Shown: piece after piece, positions 1 to 11,200 of the stretch | Layout: every line of letters begins with the position of its first letter | How positions within the stretch are numbered: position 1 is the first letter of the stretch | Source: Takakia lepidozioides | Lineage: Eukaryota; Plantae; Bryophyta | DNA: 64,000 nt | Assembly: GCA_030704615.1 (NCBI GenBank) | Contig: CM060731.1 | Span: 15,066,001-15,130,000 of the forward strand | Reading direction: 5' to 3' | The notes under the pieces: model-generated | Database searches by the model: none | Told to the model about the DNA's origin: nothing | What the model saw: the letters and a program-made list of their open reading frames with translations, nothing else | Translations under genes and position numbers: made by a program

Positions 1-162
1 GTCGTAAGATGATTTCATTGAAGAAAAATTGAGTCACACCGTCACGTCTGTCCATGGATGCCAGAGGCTAAACCTCTACCCACTTGGTTAGATTAATCCT
101 AGCCACAATTATATAACTATGGCCCTTCGACGTGGGATTCAAAGGTCCAACGAGGTCCATAC
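1..162 (-). pseudogene. Ty3/Gypsy integrase core fragment (degenerate, runs off the window edge)
   Basis: Minus-strand translation MDLVGPLNPTSKGHSYIIVARINLTKWVEV*PL...TQFFFNEIILR matches the rve N-terminus (D-x-V-G-P-L...Y-I-x-V...TKWVE); internal stop codon. Confidence 0.75.
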
Positions 163-680
163 TGTCACGGACATAGCCCAGAGGAACTTACCAGGAGTAA
201 ATACCAGAAGTTACCAAGTTATCATGTTATCAAAAGTTACTATGATTTACCATGATTTATCATGATCTACCATGATTTATCATAAGTTACCATTAATTAC
301 CAAATTATCGGGAGAGTTTATCAAATTACCGAGAGTAACTTGGGAAACTGTTCAGGAAGCTTCCTTTGGAGGAAACTTCTCCATTAAGATATCTCTTATG
401 TTTAAGGAAACTTCTTCATCGAGAAACCTTCATTGGGGAAGCTTCTTAGGGAACTTCCTAGTAGTCAGTATATATAGGAGGCGAGACTGGACACTCTTCA
501 GTCTCGCCAACACAAGTTCAAGCTACTCTTGTTTTCAGTCCCAGTATTCCAGTTCAGTTTCCAATATCTGGCACTCTAGTCCAGTTTCCTACATTCCAGT
601 GTTCAAGTCAAGTTCCAGTATCTTGTACTTTTGTCCATTGTTGTAAAGGTCATCTTGATTCATATTTACTCATTATGCAT
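163..680 (+). mobile_element. Probable LTR (solo or partial) abutting the integrase relic
   Basis: Starts TGTCACGG exactly where integrase similarity stops; short tandem repeats (GTTACC, GATTTATCAT); TATATATAGG box at ~468. 3' end and TSD not identified. Confidence 0.45.
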
Positions 681-1139
681 TCGGGGGGGTTGCAAATCCA
701 TGAGCATGAGCGGTGAACGCATGAGCATGAGCAGAGTTTCCCGACCCTCCCCCGAACCTATACCGAACCTAATCGAAGGTGGATATGAGCAACCAAAACT
801 GCCGACTTAATGCATCTTGATAACAGTCCACGGAAAATAGGAGGTGGAACGCCTATGACCGTGGCCTGCAGGTGAGTTATTGTAGTCACCACCTTCATAA
901 TTGGCAAGTCCGTACGGCGATGTTGGGTGTTATGGTCGCCACCGACTATATCATCCCCAGTCAAAGCTGGACCTAAGCTGGACCTGAACTGTTGTGTTTA
1001 TATCTACATAGTTCAAAGCTACTTGTTCTTGAAGTGTGATTGTCTATGAGGGAAGGAGTGTGAGCTTGGAAAGTAAAATATTTGGGCATTGTTGTTGTCA
1101 TGTCATGGCAACGGTCTTCACATCAATGAGCAGAGTAGT

Positions 1140-1945
1140 GAACTGATTCATTTGGATATTTGTCCCCGGTAATTTATGGCTTCAGCAAACCAGGCTCAGC
1201 ACTCCAGCAATTCCAAACCAGGGGAATGTGAAGGGTTGGAGGATGGCGAGGATGTGAAGCCAACATCTGACATTTAAGAAGTCTGAACATCCACATTGAA
1301 GTAAAATTATACGCAACATTCAATTACACCCATATCACTATACGATATTTTCCAAATGATTCAGCTCATCAGATAAACCCCTTTGTGTCTGCATTCCAAG
1401 AAAAGCAAATGCAACTACCTAACATTCGGATTATCAGGGTCCTCACCATACTCCGACGTTATGTCCTGCAACACCCCAGAAACTATTGTTGCGGGGGAGG
1501 GACCCGAGAGCAAGTCGAGGCCAAGTCTTAAACTGATCTTTGGGCTAGGAGTCCTCTTCTCACCAACGACCTCGTCAACACACTCTTCCTCGGAGCCTTC
1601 CTCGGTCGTTGGATCCTCGCTTTCCGATCTCTCTACTGCAGAATTCTCAAAATAGTTCCGTACCGTTGCAAATTGTGCAACAGCCCTCACCTGTGCTGGC
1701 CATTGTGTCTACTGAGACATTCTTGTCCACGGTTGTTCAGCCTGAGCATGCGCTTCTGCTGCCGCATAGGGAGACAAGTCGTACCCTTTCTCCGGAGTAG
1801 TTAGAGCAGCAACATGTTAAAGCATTTTCAACCTCTTCTCCCTACCAACGTCCGCCCTCCCGAAATCCGTGGAAGACCCTGGAATCCCCATGATGTCCTC
1901 AGCGGAACGCTTCGCAATCTACAAGGGCGGCTCGTAACTGCAATT
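1140..1945 (-). CDS. Spliced gene fragment of unknown function, acidic/low-complexity, probably TE-associated
   Basis: ORF 1415-1690 (acidic, ESEDPTTEEGSEEE) with plausible GT donors near 1418, 1690 and 1845; no recognisable domain. Confidence 0.3.
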
Positions 1946-2310
1946 ACGACATAACATATTAGATCATATTTTGCAAGAATGATGATTTGGGGAAATGGGA
2001 ACATTCATAACATGCTAACAATGAAGACACTTACATAGAAGTTGGACTTACTCACTCTAGCGATTGGGGGGTTGTTTATTCATGAGCGATGAGCAAATGA
2101 GCCATGAGCCATGAGCAAAGTTCCCGAACCTCCTCCATACCAAAATCCGAAGGGACGTTGGAGGCTCGGATCCGGTTCGGGATGTGTGTGAAGCTGATAT
2201 GGCCACATACTTAATGTCTACGATGCATAAATGCACGGTATAGAAGGTGTACCACCCAATTCCGCGCGTCACATACACTACCAGAGTTAACCGAGGGCGG
2301 AGGAAAACGA

Positions 2311-5300
2311 GAAGTCGGCAGCGACTTCTCATGCCTGGTGATCAGTAAAGTATGTGCCAGAAGGTGATATGGGGAAATGTAACTTAAAAAGGGCAGGCGG
2401 AAGTCTGTGCCGATTTCTCCCAAAAACAGATCGTGTGCTTCAGTAAATAGGAAAATACAAGTAGGGACCGGGAAGTCTGTGCCGACTTCTGGCCCACAAT
2501 GAAATGACATTAATTCGGAAAAAAACAGGGACTGTGAATATTGCTTAGAATGCAGATGTACTCCAACATTTTCCATGCTTCAAGACAATTAGTCATACTA
2601 CTTTTTTGCTCCATCCATTGCATGGAGCTGCACAGAAAATAAACACGAAACAAATTTTTGAATTTACATAAACGTTTAAGGGTAACAAGGTTAAGGAGTG
2701 CCCTCATTGGTAGCGTCCTCTTATTCCATCTCCACATCGTCCATCACTTTCTCGATGATCTCATCGACATCATCATCGTCCTCTTTTTCTGTCAATGGAT
2801 CAGAGCTCTCACTACCTAGCATAACATTATATTCTACCAGATGTTGAACCTTCCTAAACCTTTTAACCGCTCGTGCCTCACCTGGCCACATTGGCCTCTT
2901 CGACAATTCAGGGGATTCCTGCTGAGCTAGCTTTTCTGCCATATTTGCTGCATAGTCATGAAGACACATAGGTTTGGGTGGGGTGAAGAGAATAACAGCT
3001 GCTTTTCGATGAAGATCTGCTCTCTTCTCGGCAATCTGTGCCTTCCTATTTTCCCTTTCCTGACGTGCAGCCATTAAGGAGGTTGTACGGCGATGAGCTG
3101 GCGTCGCTGGAGCTGGCCTCCTCGTGCAAATTGAGGGAACATCACTGCAGAAGGAAAAAAATACCATGGTCATGAGCCTTGCAAAGGGAACGTGTTGGCC
3201 GGGCCATGGCAAGCAAGACAGCGCAGCAGAATTGAGAAATCTGCGTCGACTATCATATTTTGAAGAAAGAAAACGAGAGGAACGGCAAACTTACTCACTC
3301 CAGTACATGGACATGCACAGGTTGGTCACCAGAATCCCGGAACCACTCATCAGGTGTCAAGTCCATTGGGGCCACGGGGTCAGGTGTAGCAAGCATCTCA
3401 CTTTGCAGGCCCTGCAGTTTCTCTCTTACAAGCTCTGCATCGCCTTCCAAGGCCAGCAAGTGGCGACCACAAACCCGTGCAGCCACCATGGATGTGCCAC
3501 AGTTTGCAATGAGGTCCACAATCTTGCCCCCAATGTCAGTCAACATCTCCATAAAAGTTTGTAGGAACATTGGGTTTTTTTCTCTGGCGCCTCTGATCCA
3601 GGTCCCATCAGCTCTTGTGTACAGCCTGTCTTTGGTGACATAATTGCGCACAATGTCGGTGTCAACCGGATTGAAGTCGGAATCCAGTTTCTTGGCATCC
3701 CGGCCAAGGTCGCAGGCGTATGTGGGGCTCTTCAACAGCAAAAAAGCATAAAACACCCGAGTCTGCACAGGAAACCCAATTGCCTCAGCACATGAACTGT
3801 AAGTCTGGGCCGACTTCATGAAAGCTGGACAAGGACACGGGTGACATGTTGGAAAGCGTTGGTAATAATTTCGTACTTCCTAGGCACTAGCCCTTGTCCG
3901 ATATTGTTACGCAAGAAAACAGGGGGCTAAGTTGGAAGTCTGTGCAGACTTCCCAAACTGTTCTGGGAAGCCTGTGCCGACCTCCAAAACAAAACGTGGA
4001 CTGTGGCGTTGTTCAAACTGCTCAGCATAACTCACTGTTATATGAAAAAACCACTAGTGGACGTGGGAACATGTAGGAGGCACTTATGTCTTCAATGGGA
4101 ACAAGGCTGGGAATTTGGGAAGTCTGTGCAGACTTCCCACATTGACAGGGAATGAAACATGATGAACAACGCAAGGAGGTGGTGTTTTGGGCAACCTGTG
4201 ACTGCTGCTCGTTGCCTGTCAGGAGCGGGAGGGCATTCATGCAGGTCCACTTCCTCTTCACAAAACGAAACGGCGCATTGCTCGCTATCCGTCGAAGGTC
4301 CAGCTCCGTCTTGCCGTCACCTTTGCAGAAAATGAGGAGTCGCCCCACATCATCCGTGATTGCATTTGCCAACGATATGGCAGAGCTGATGTGAGAAAGC
4401 TTCCGAACATTCCAATCTGGCACAACACCCTCTGCTCCACAATTATGCACCATCTGCTCATCTGGGATATCCACAATGACGAGGTCAGCGCCTTTCTTCA
4501 TGGAGGGTTTGGATACCCCCCCACGCACAGGCTCCCTCTTCTTCTTGTGGCGCTCAATGAAGGCATCTACCATTGCCCTCTCCGGTGGCCACCTCTTCAT
4601 GGTGGATTTGGTTGCCAACCGCTGCTCAACAAGTGCGAAGCTGTCACAGTGGATGCATTTCATCTCACAAGTCGGCACAGACTTCTGCAGTGGACGCGCC
4701 TCAAACAAGGATTGCTTTATGGCTAAGGACAATGCCGTTGACTTAGGTACTCTGGTAGCAGCCCCCGGAAAAATCAGACTTCGGCTGGGGCCACGGCGTG
4801 CGTTTGCTAGCGTTGCGATGTACTGCTGCAATCCACGGAGGGGCAGAAGGCGTGGGCAGAGTGAGCGATGAAGCGAAGGAGCAGGTGCGGGAGCAAAGAG
4901 GCGGTTTGGCGGAAGACGAGAAAGTGGCGGCTTGGTGGAAGTCGCTTCGTGGCGACGCTTTTGGAAGACGTTTCGAAGATGCCCCACTAACATCGTAGGC
5001 CCAAACGGTGCCTAATCGACACGTGCGTTGCCTGAAAGGTCGTAGTCATCACCTGAAAAACACACAATTTCCGGCAAATCTGCACAGACTTCCTGGCACT
5101 TCAATCCCCAACGCGTGACCACACGACACGTGCAGTGCCGCAGAACGTCACACGTAGCGCCTAAATGTGGAATTTTGCGGCAAGTCTGTGCAGACTTGCC
5201 GATGATGTCTGCCTGATAATGATGTTTCCGGGAAGTCTGCCCAGACTTCCCGGATTATGTCTGCCTGAAAAAGGGTAATTGTCGGGAAGTCTGTGACGAC

Positions 5301-5730
5301 TTCCGGCTGGTCTATTCCAAAATCTAAGGGCAGCCTAGACGCCTGACATTGCATGTGCGGAGTGCCCGTCAGTTTTGGAAGTCGGCACAGACTTTCCGGT
5401 GACATTGCTCTTAGTCCGCCCAAAGTTGGACTTTCGCGGCTGCCCGGGAGTCGGCACCGACTTGGACGTGATATTCATGCCTGCCCCTAAAAACTGAGTC
5501 CCGGCAGGCCATTAGGCATATTTCGACAGATTCTCGTCAGAAAATGCCGGAAGTCATCACAGACTTGCCGTTTTCGTGCGTCCACGTTACACAAAAACTA
5601 CAATCCAGCAGACCATTTCCGGAAGTCGGCGCAGACTTCCGGCAGGTTCATTTCCGAAGAAGACATCATGAAGTGGGTTGCGCATTTTTTGCGGGCTTGT
5701 GCTCAGAGGCAATTCTGCACCGACTTGCCG
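2311..5730. repeat. Dispersed interrupted-palindrome repeat GGAAGTC-N6-GACTTCC, about 16 copies
   Basis: Copies near 2311, 2399, 2471, 3801, 3934, 3966, 4118, 4669, 5073, 5179, 5231, 5285, 5377, 5447, 5549 and 5621, plus a degenerate one at ~5711; constant 6-nt spacer; both orientations present. Confidence 0.9.
2721..4700 (-). CDS. Spliced DNA amino-methyltransferase-like protein (N6_N4_Mtase, beta-class motif order) with a charged C-terminal tail
   Basis: Exon ~4690-4197: KCIHCDSF (motif X-like), ADLVIVDIPD (motif IV-like, DIPD at 4460-4471), ANAITDDVGRLLIFC. Exon ~3763-3299: REKNPMFLQTFMEMLTDIGGKIVDLIANCGTSMVAARVCGRHLLALEGD, aligning with the KP..L...I...T..GD.VLDPF.GSGTT..AA...GR..IG.E consensus. 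Last exon ~3146-2721. GT/AG sites flank the exons. 5' start uncertain (ORF is open to 4993). Confidence 0.7.
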
Positions 5731-6748
5731 GTTCCATTTCGAACGGCTACGACGGACTTCGTGGGTCCATCTGCAGGATTCGTTGCACTGCCGTGAAGTC
5801 GTTGCCACTACAGGAAAAGGGGGCCTTTGCGACGCCCGCGCCACGCGCAGCGTCGGGAAAATGCCCTTTTCGGGCACGCGGGAGGGCGCAAAATCTGTGA
5901 CGCCCGGCCGTCGCCCTGCAGTCGCAAGGGCGTCGCCAAAATGCGACATATAGGGGTCGCGAGCCCCCGCCCCAACTCCCGCGACTATCGGACATCGGTT
6001 TTCAGGCCGTCCGCGCCGATGGCAGGGCCTCTTCGAGCGACGTCTCGTTGTCGCGGCCTCCAGTCGGCGTTGGTGGGGGTGCCGGCGCGGCATCGCATCC
6101 TTTTTTTTTTTTTTTTACCTGCCCGGGAGTCAGCCGGTGGTACACCAAGCAACGCCCGTATGTCGCTGCAAGCGATTATTGGGCATGGCACAAAACAGCA
6201 AGAGTCGGTCTCTGCCACGCCCGGGCGTGGGTTGTTGCGACGCTCAGGTGTCGCTTTTGTTTTAAATTTATAAATAAATAAAAACGTGGCGCAGGGAGGG
6301 TGGCGGTCTCCGCGACGCCAAGTCGTCGCAGCTTGCGACCCCCGGATCAAAAAACACGTCGCGGGGGTGTCGGGTGTTGGCCCCGCAAATGGGGTTTGCG
6401 ACGCCCGACCGCCCGACCGTCGCTGCTTGCGACCCCCGCCCAAAAAACACGTCGCCATTGGCGACGTTCTGCAGTTGCGAGGGCAGCCTGGTGGGGGGGT
6501 GTTGGGGGTTCACTTTGGGGGTGAATTGGGGGTTTTTTTCCTGGTTTTATATTTGGGGATGGGAGAACTTACAGTTCCATTTCTCTGAGTTAGCAGGTAC
6601 ACAATTGAGCAAGCATGAATCGAGGGTGAGGACAGTGCGACACATGAATAAGATGGAAGATGAAAAGATGGAAATATATTTACAAGAAATGAGCTGAAAA
6701 GCTCACAAGGGTTCAGTAGACTGACCCTGGGACCTACATGGACTAGGA

Positions 6749-8142
6749 CTAGTCATCCTCATCCTCATCCTCAGTGGAGGACTCAGAGCTATCCGATGAG
6801 CTTGATGATTCCGTGCCCTTTACCAGAGCACGTAAATGAGGCGGCGTTCCCCTAAGTCCCACAGAGCTCTCATCCAATCCTTGGGCATGACCCTCGACCT
6901 TATCCATATTAGTGCCCTGTAGTGCACTCATCCCCTCTATGTTGGCCATGTTCTTCATGAGGGATTGCCAACCATGCTCCTTTGCGTAGTTGTACTCTAC
7001 CGGAGATGGCTTCCTCTCAAACGCGCGTTGCTACACATGCCACAAATTAAAGTCAGTTCTTCGCGATGATGGAGCTAAAAAGAAAACATAACAAAATCCA
7101 TAGGGAAGTACGACTTACAAATCGCAAATAAAACCCTTGGATCCGCCGGCGCCCCACTTGTGTGTGGATTCATGCTTGTCAAGGCGGACTGTTGTTGCTT
7201 CGCGTGCCCGGTCAAATTTGGCCTTGTTTGCGGCATCAGTCTCTCCCGCAATGAGTGCATCCCACGATACCTATGCCCCCCCCCCCCCCCCAACAATTAG
7301 TGAATTACACACATACGTTGCATCGAATCCACCTCATTAATGCACATGCGACAAATGGAAGGTGACATGATTCAGGATTTGCCAACCTGTGTAATTCCAT
7401 AAGGTGGTTTGGGTATGGCCTCCTTTTCCATTGCCCTCCAAATGATCTGTCTGGCACGGTACCTCCTGTCCTTCAAGTTTCGCCCCACCATCTCCATCAC
7501 CCTTGTGTCACTCCAATTGCCCGGAAACCGGCGGTCTAACTCACGGGCATACGCCCGCTTCGCACCAAAGTGCTGATCAGCCCACTCGATGTGCAAAGGG
7601 AACCACCTCAATGCGAGTTCGAAGGTTGGCTTCTTCATAGCCTCCCAGAACGCACCGCAGGGGTCACCATGGCGATTCACCTCCACCGGTGGCACCACGA
7701 TCTTTGCCAACTCCACGTCCTGTATCGCCAAGGCCATCCCACCCTCTCCCTTCTTTGTAGCCTCCTTCCCCTGCTCCTTTGTTACCCCACAGCCCTCCCC
7801 CACATGCACACTCACCCCTTCCTCTCCATAGGACTTCTTTCTATTCTTCTTCTTTTCCTTCCCCTTCTCCACGACCATCTCCTTCCTCTTCCCCGCTACT
7901 TCCTCTCTCTCCTTCTCCCTCTCCCCTCTCTCTCTCTCCTCGGCAGCCCCTTCATTGATGGTAAAAGGGATCTCGGGAGATCGAGGCCTCTTCTTCTTAC
8001 CTTTGGGTTTCGGGTCCTTCATGAACACCACGTGCTCTCCCTCATTGGCAACCCCACTGGACTGCACCAATGAGGCCAGCCATGTTGCTGCCTCTTGAAG
8101 ACAAATAACCCCTCCAAATTCAAAAAAAGAAACAAACAACAA
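6749..8142 (-). CDS. CACTA TnpA/Ptta-like accessory protein exons
   Basis: ORF 7372-8142 (VEVNRHGDPCG...W...RVMEMVGRNLKDRRYRARQ...PPYGITQ) resembles the Transposase_24/TnpA-type region; acidic terminal exon at 6749-6958. Confidence 0.55.
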
Positions 8143-8438
8143 AGAAAATCATGCATGCAAAAGAAAGGATAAATCATGGAACAAGGTGCGACAGTTGTAC
8201 CTTTGCAAGCTTGTCCGACTCGCCCCTGGTGTCACCCGATGTGGGAGGAATACACTTTACATACATTGAGAAGATTAAATAAAGTAATCTTCATGCGAGG
8301 GGGAATGACGCTTATACCTTGCGTGGTACTTTTTCCCTTGGACATCATCCCGATATCGGTTTTTCTTGCATTTTGGGCACTTGGTGAGAATCATCTCCGT
8401 AGTATAGGGTTTTATCACATGGACATGCATGAAAAATC

Positions 8439-11200
8439 TTATAGCCCATCCCCACAGAGTCCAAGACTTCGCGCGCCTCTTTCCGGGACCGTGGGCATCT
8501 TGGGTTTCAAGTGTGGAGCAAGGATATAGTCCGCAATAGTTCGCATTATGGCAGACATCCCTACATTACTTATGCCAAATCGAATTTGAAAATTGAGCAA
8601 AAGTAAGATTGTTGAAAGTCGACTCACTTTCGCCCCTTCGTACAAGGGAGTTCTCGCCTCCTTCTCCATGTCATTTGAGGGGGCCATTTCAAGATCATCG
8701 ATTGGCCGGGTTCCCTCTTCATGGGATGCATCAGCGCCCACATGATGCATTAAGAGATCCTCCATGGCTTGCACATCCTCCTAGTTAATTTCATGCTCAT
8801 TGTTGTTGTCACTCCAATGTTCAGACTTCATGCTCACTGTCATCGTCATCATCGTTTGGTACCGTGGGAGCGGCGTCTCGGCTCCCGCCTGATGTACTTG
8901 GGTTGTTTTCGGATGGGGTGCCAAGAGAATGGACCATGAAGGGATAGACAAAGTCTTGATACGAACAAATGAACATAGAGACATATATTATAATGTGTCC
9001 TTGCAACTATACACTTCATTATAAGCGAAATGCAAACAACAACCTTCAATGCGTGTGTGCATCAAATATGTCATTCAATAATTACATGTATGTGCGCAAC
9101 ATACATGCATGCAAAGTTTCAAACCCAAACAAAATCATTTGCCCCCCCAATGACGCATTCACCCTATCAACCAATTTTTGTTTATTAATGTGAAAGAAAA
9201 TCCTCTCATGCCATTGCACCCAACAAACGGATGTGGCTCAAGCTTCATTTTTTCCTACATGTGCTTAAAGCCGTCTGCAACACCTGTACAAAGATCCAGC
9301 AGGGAAAAAATAAAAAATAAAAATAAAAATAAAAATAAATTGCCTCCCCAACGACGCACTCACTTTTGCACCAATTTTGAATTGAATCGAATTTAAATGA
9401 ATTTAAAATAAATATTTGCATTTAGAAAACATATGATTGCAGTTTTGAGGGGCGTAATGATTTTATTTTTAGCTCTATTTTGTTTTGTGACATCGGGCTT
9501 TGCACCACTACATCCATGCAGAAAATGGGACAAAAACAAAATGAAAAAAAAAAAAGGTGTGTTTCTAGGGTCACTTTTGCAGAATTCTCTATGAAGAGGG
9601 CATGAAAATGAAGATAACTCAACTTTGGAATGCAAATGAGAGAACAAAATCTGGTTATGGGTCCAAATGACTTTTGTTTACTCCCAAATTTTGCACGCAC
9701 ATTGCATATGCTATCATTAAGCATATGGCTTAAAAATGGAATAAAAAAAAAATCATCTGAAGCGAAACACAATTTTCCGTCTCTATGACATGTAGCTACG
9801 TTCAACACTAGAATGACCCATTGAATCAACTTGGTTCAAGCTCATATTTGGTCCACATGTGCATAAGTATATTTAGATCACATATGCAAAGTTTACATTA
9901 ATCGATTAATCGGATGTATACAAAGTACATCATGAGAATATCTACAATGCCCCTCTACGCGATCCCTATCTCAAAGGAACCCTATTTCTATCATACACAT
10001 CCCACTCACGCTGTAATCGGAGGTCCCAATCATCCTGGGAGAACTCATATGATGCAAATCCGGAGTGTACTAAATGCATTCATGGTTAGTAAATATGGAC
10101 CTCAACGGCTCAATGACAGTTCTTAGGATCGCTGCTAGCCCTAATAGACCTACTAACACATGTCATCACAAACATGTGCATCCCCTCACAGTATACTGAC
10201 GTATGACCACAAAAGCTCTCATGCCCATCGCTTCGCTCGTCCCATACTAAAGTAGAAACACCTAAAATGGATCATTTAAGAAATGTGTGCAATTTCAGGT
10301 GTGCAGTGTCGTCGAATATATTTTTCTGATGTGGGCACATAGAAATGAAATTTAATGCAAAATAAATAAATAAATTCCGAATTATTTTTTAATATTGGTG
10401 AATATTCAATGTGAAGTCATGGAATAACCTTGAATGGACCAGGGGGTAGGGGGGTACACTTGAGCAGCAAATACACTTTGTCTGGAGCCTAAGGTGCCCA
10501 AAAAGTGTGCATCCTTTTCACTTTAGTGATTAAACAACATAGTAACATGGACCATGTCAGTCAACTAACATAACCATTTATTGACCTTAAAATAACCTCC
10601 CACCTTAAAGAAAACGCTGATCGTTGATCTAGGTGAGACTCAATTGGGATCGTTGATCACGGAATGTGATCCCCTCTCATACATGTTAAGATTCATTCTT
10701 CCTGTCTCGACTTGATAATGCTCTCAAAGTGGCGCACGGTGGTTATTAACTTGTTCCATTAAGTGGTGTCATCATGAGAATGTATGAGTTAAAAGGGTTC
10801 CATTGGAGTTCCATTGTGGCCCACCACATGACCTAATTTGGACCACTTGTGATCAAAGCACCTTTTAAAGATGGCATATGGTTCGTTTTATGTATTTTTC
10901 TAGGGATCAGTTTCGGATACCCGCTCCATTTTAGGTGATTCTACCTTACAGTGGTTCTCCTAGGATGACCAAAAGAACTATTGACCAGCCCAGCAATGCC
11001 GAAGATGTCGGGGTCACCATCACAAAATCTGATCTCAATGGGAGACAACCCCCGTCTACGTACATCGTGTCCGTTGACACACAAAATGTAGGTTAGGATG
11101 TATGGGGCTTCGAGGCGTAATGGGCCATAACGCCTACGACACCTACGATACCCCTCGACCCTACGCATCTCATAGTAGAGTGTATTTCCCGCGGAAGAGC
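8439..11200 (-). pseudogene. N-terminal remnant of CACTA TnpD transposase (DDE core absent)
   Basis: ARTPLYEGAKVSRLSTILLLLNFQIRFGISNVGMSAIMR (8439-8774) is the typical PLYxG..S.LS N-terminal TnpD segment; Cys/His-containing upstream exon near 11060-11190. Confidence 0.6.

Noticed and set aside
2200-2275. CA+CATAC as the closing end and TSD for the LTR starting at 163
   Set aside because: No terminal inverted match to TGTCACGG and no second LTR; likely chance.
5073-5642. CRISPR-like array of palindromic repeats with unique spacers
   Set aside because: Spacing is irregular, orientation mixed and repeat centres variable; no cas genes; eukaryotic context. Kept as a binding-site-like repeat instead.
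5544-6700. Many overlapping Arg/Pro/Gly-rich ORFs
   Set aside because: Artefacts of the GC-rich CACTA subterminal repeats.
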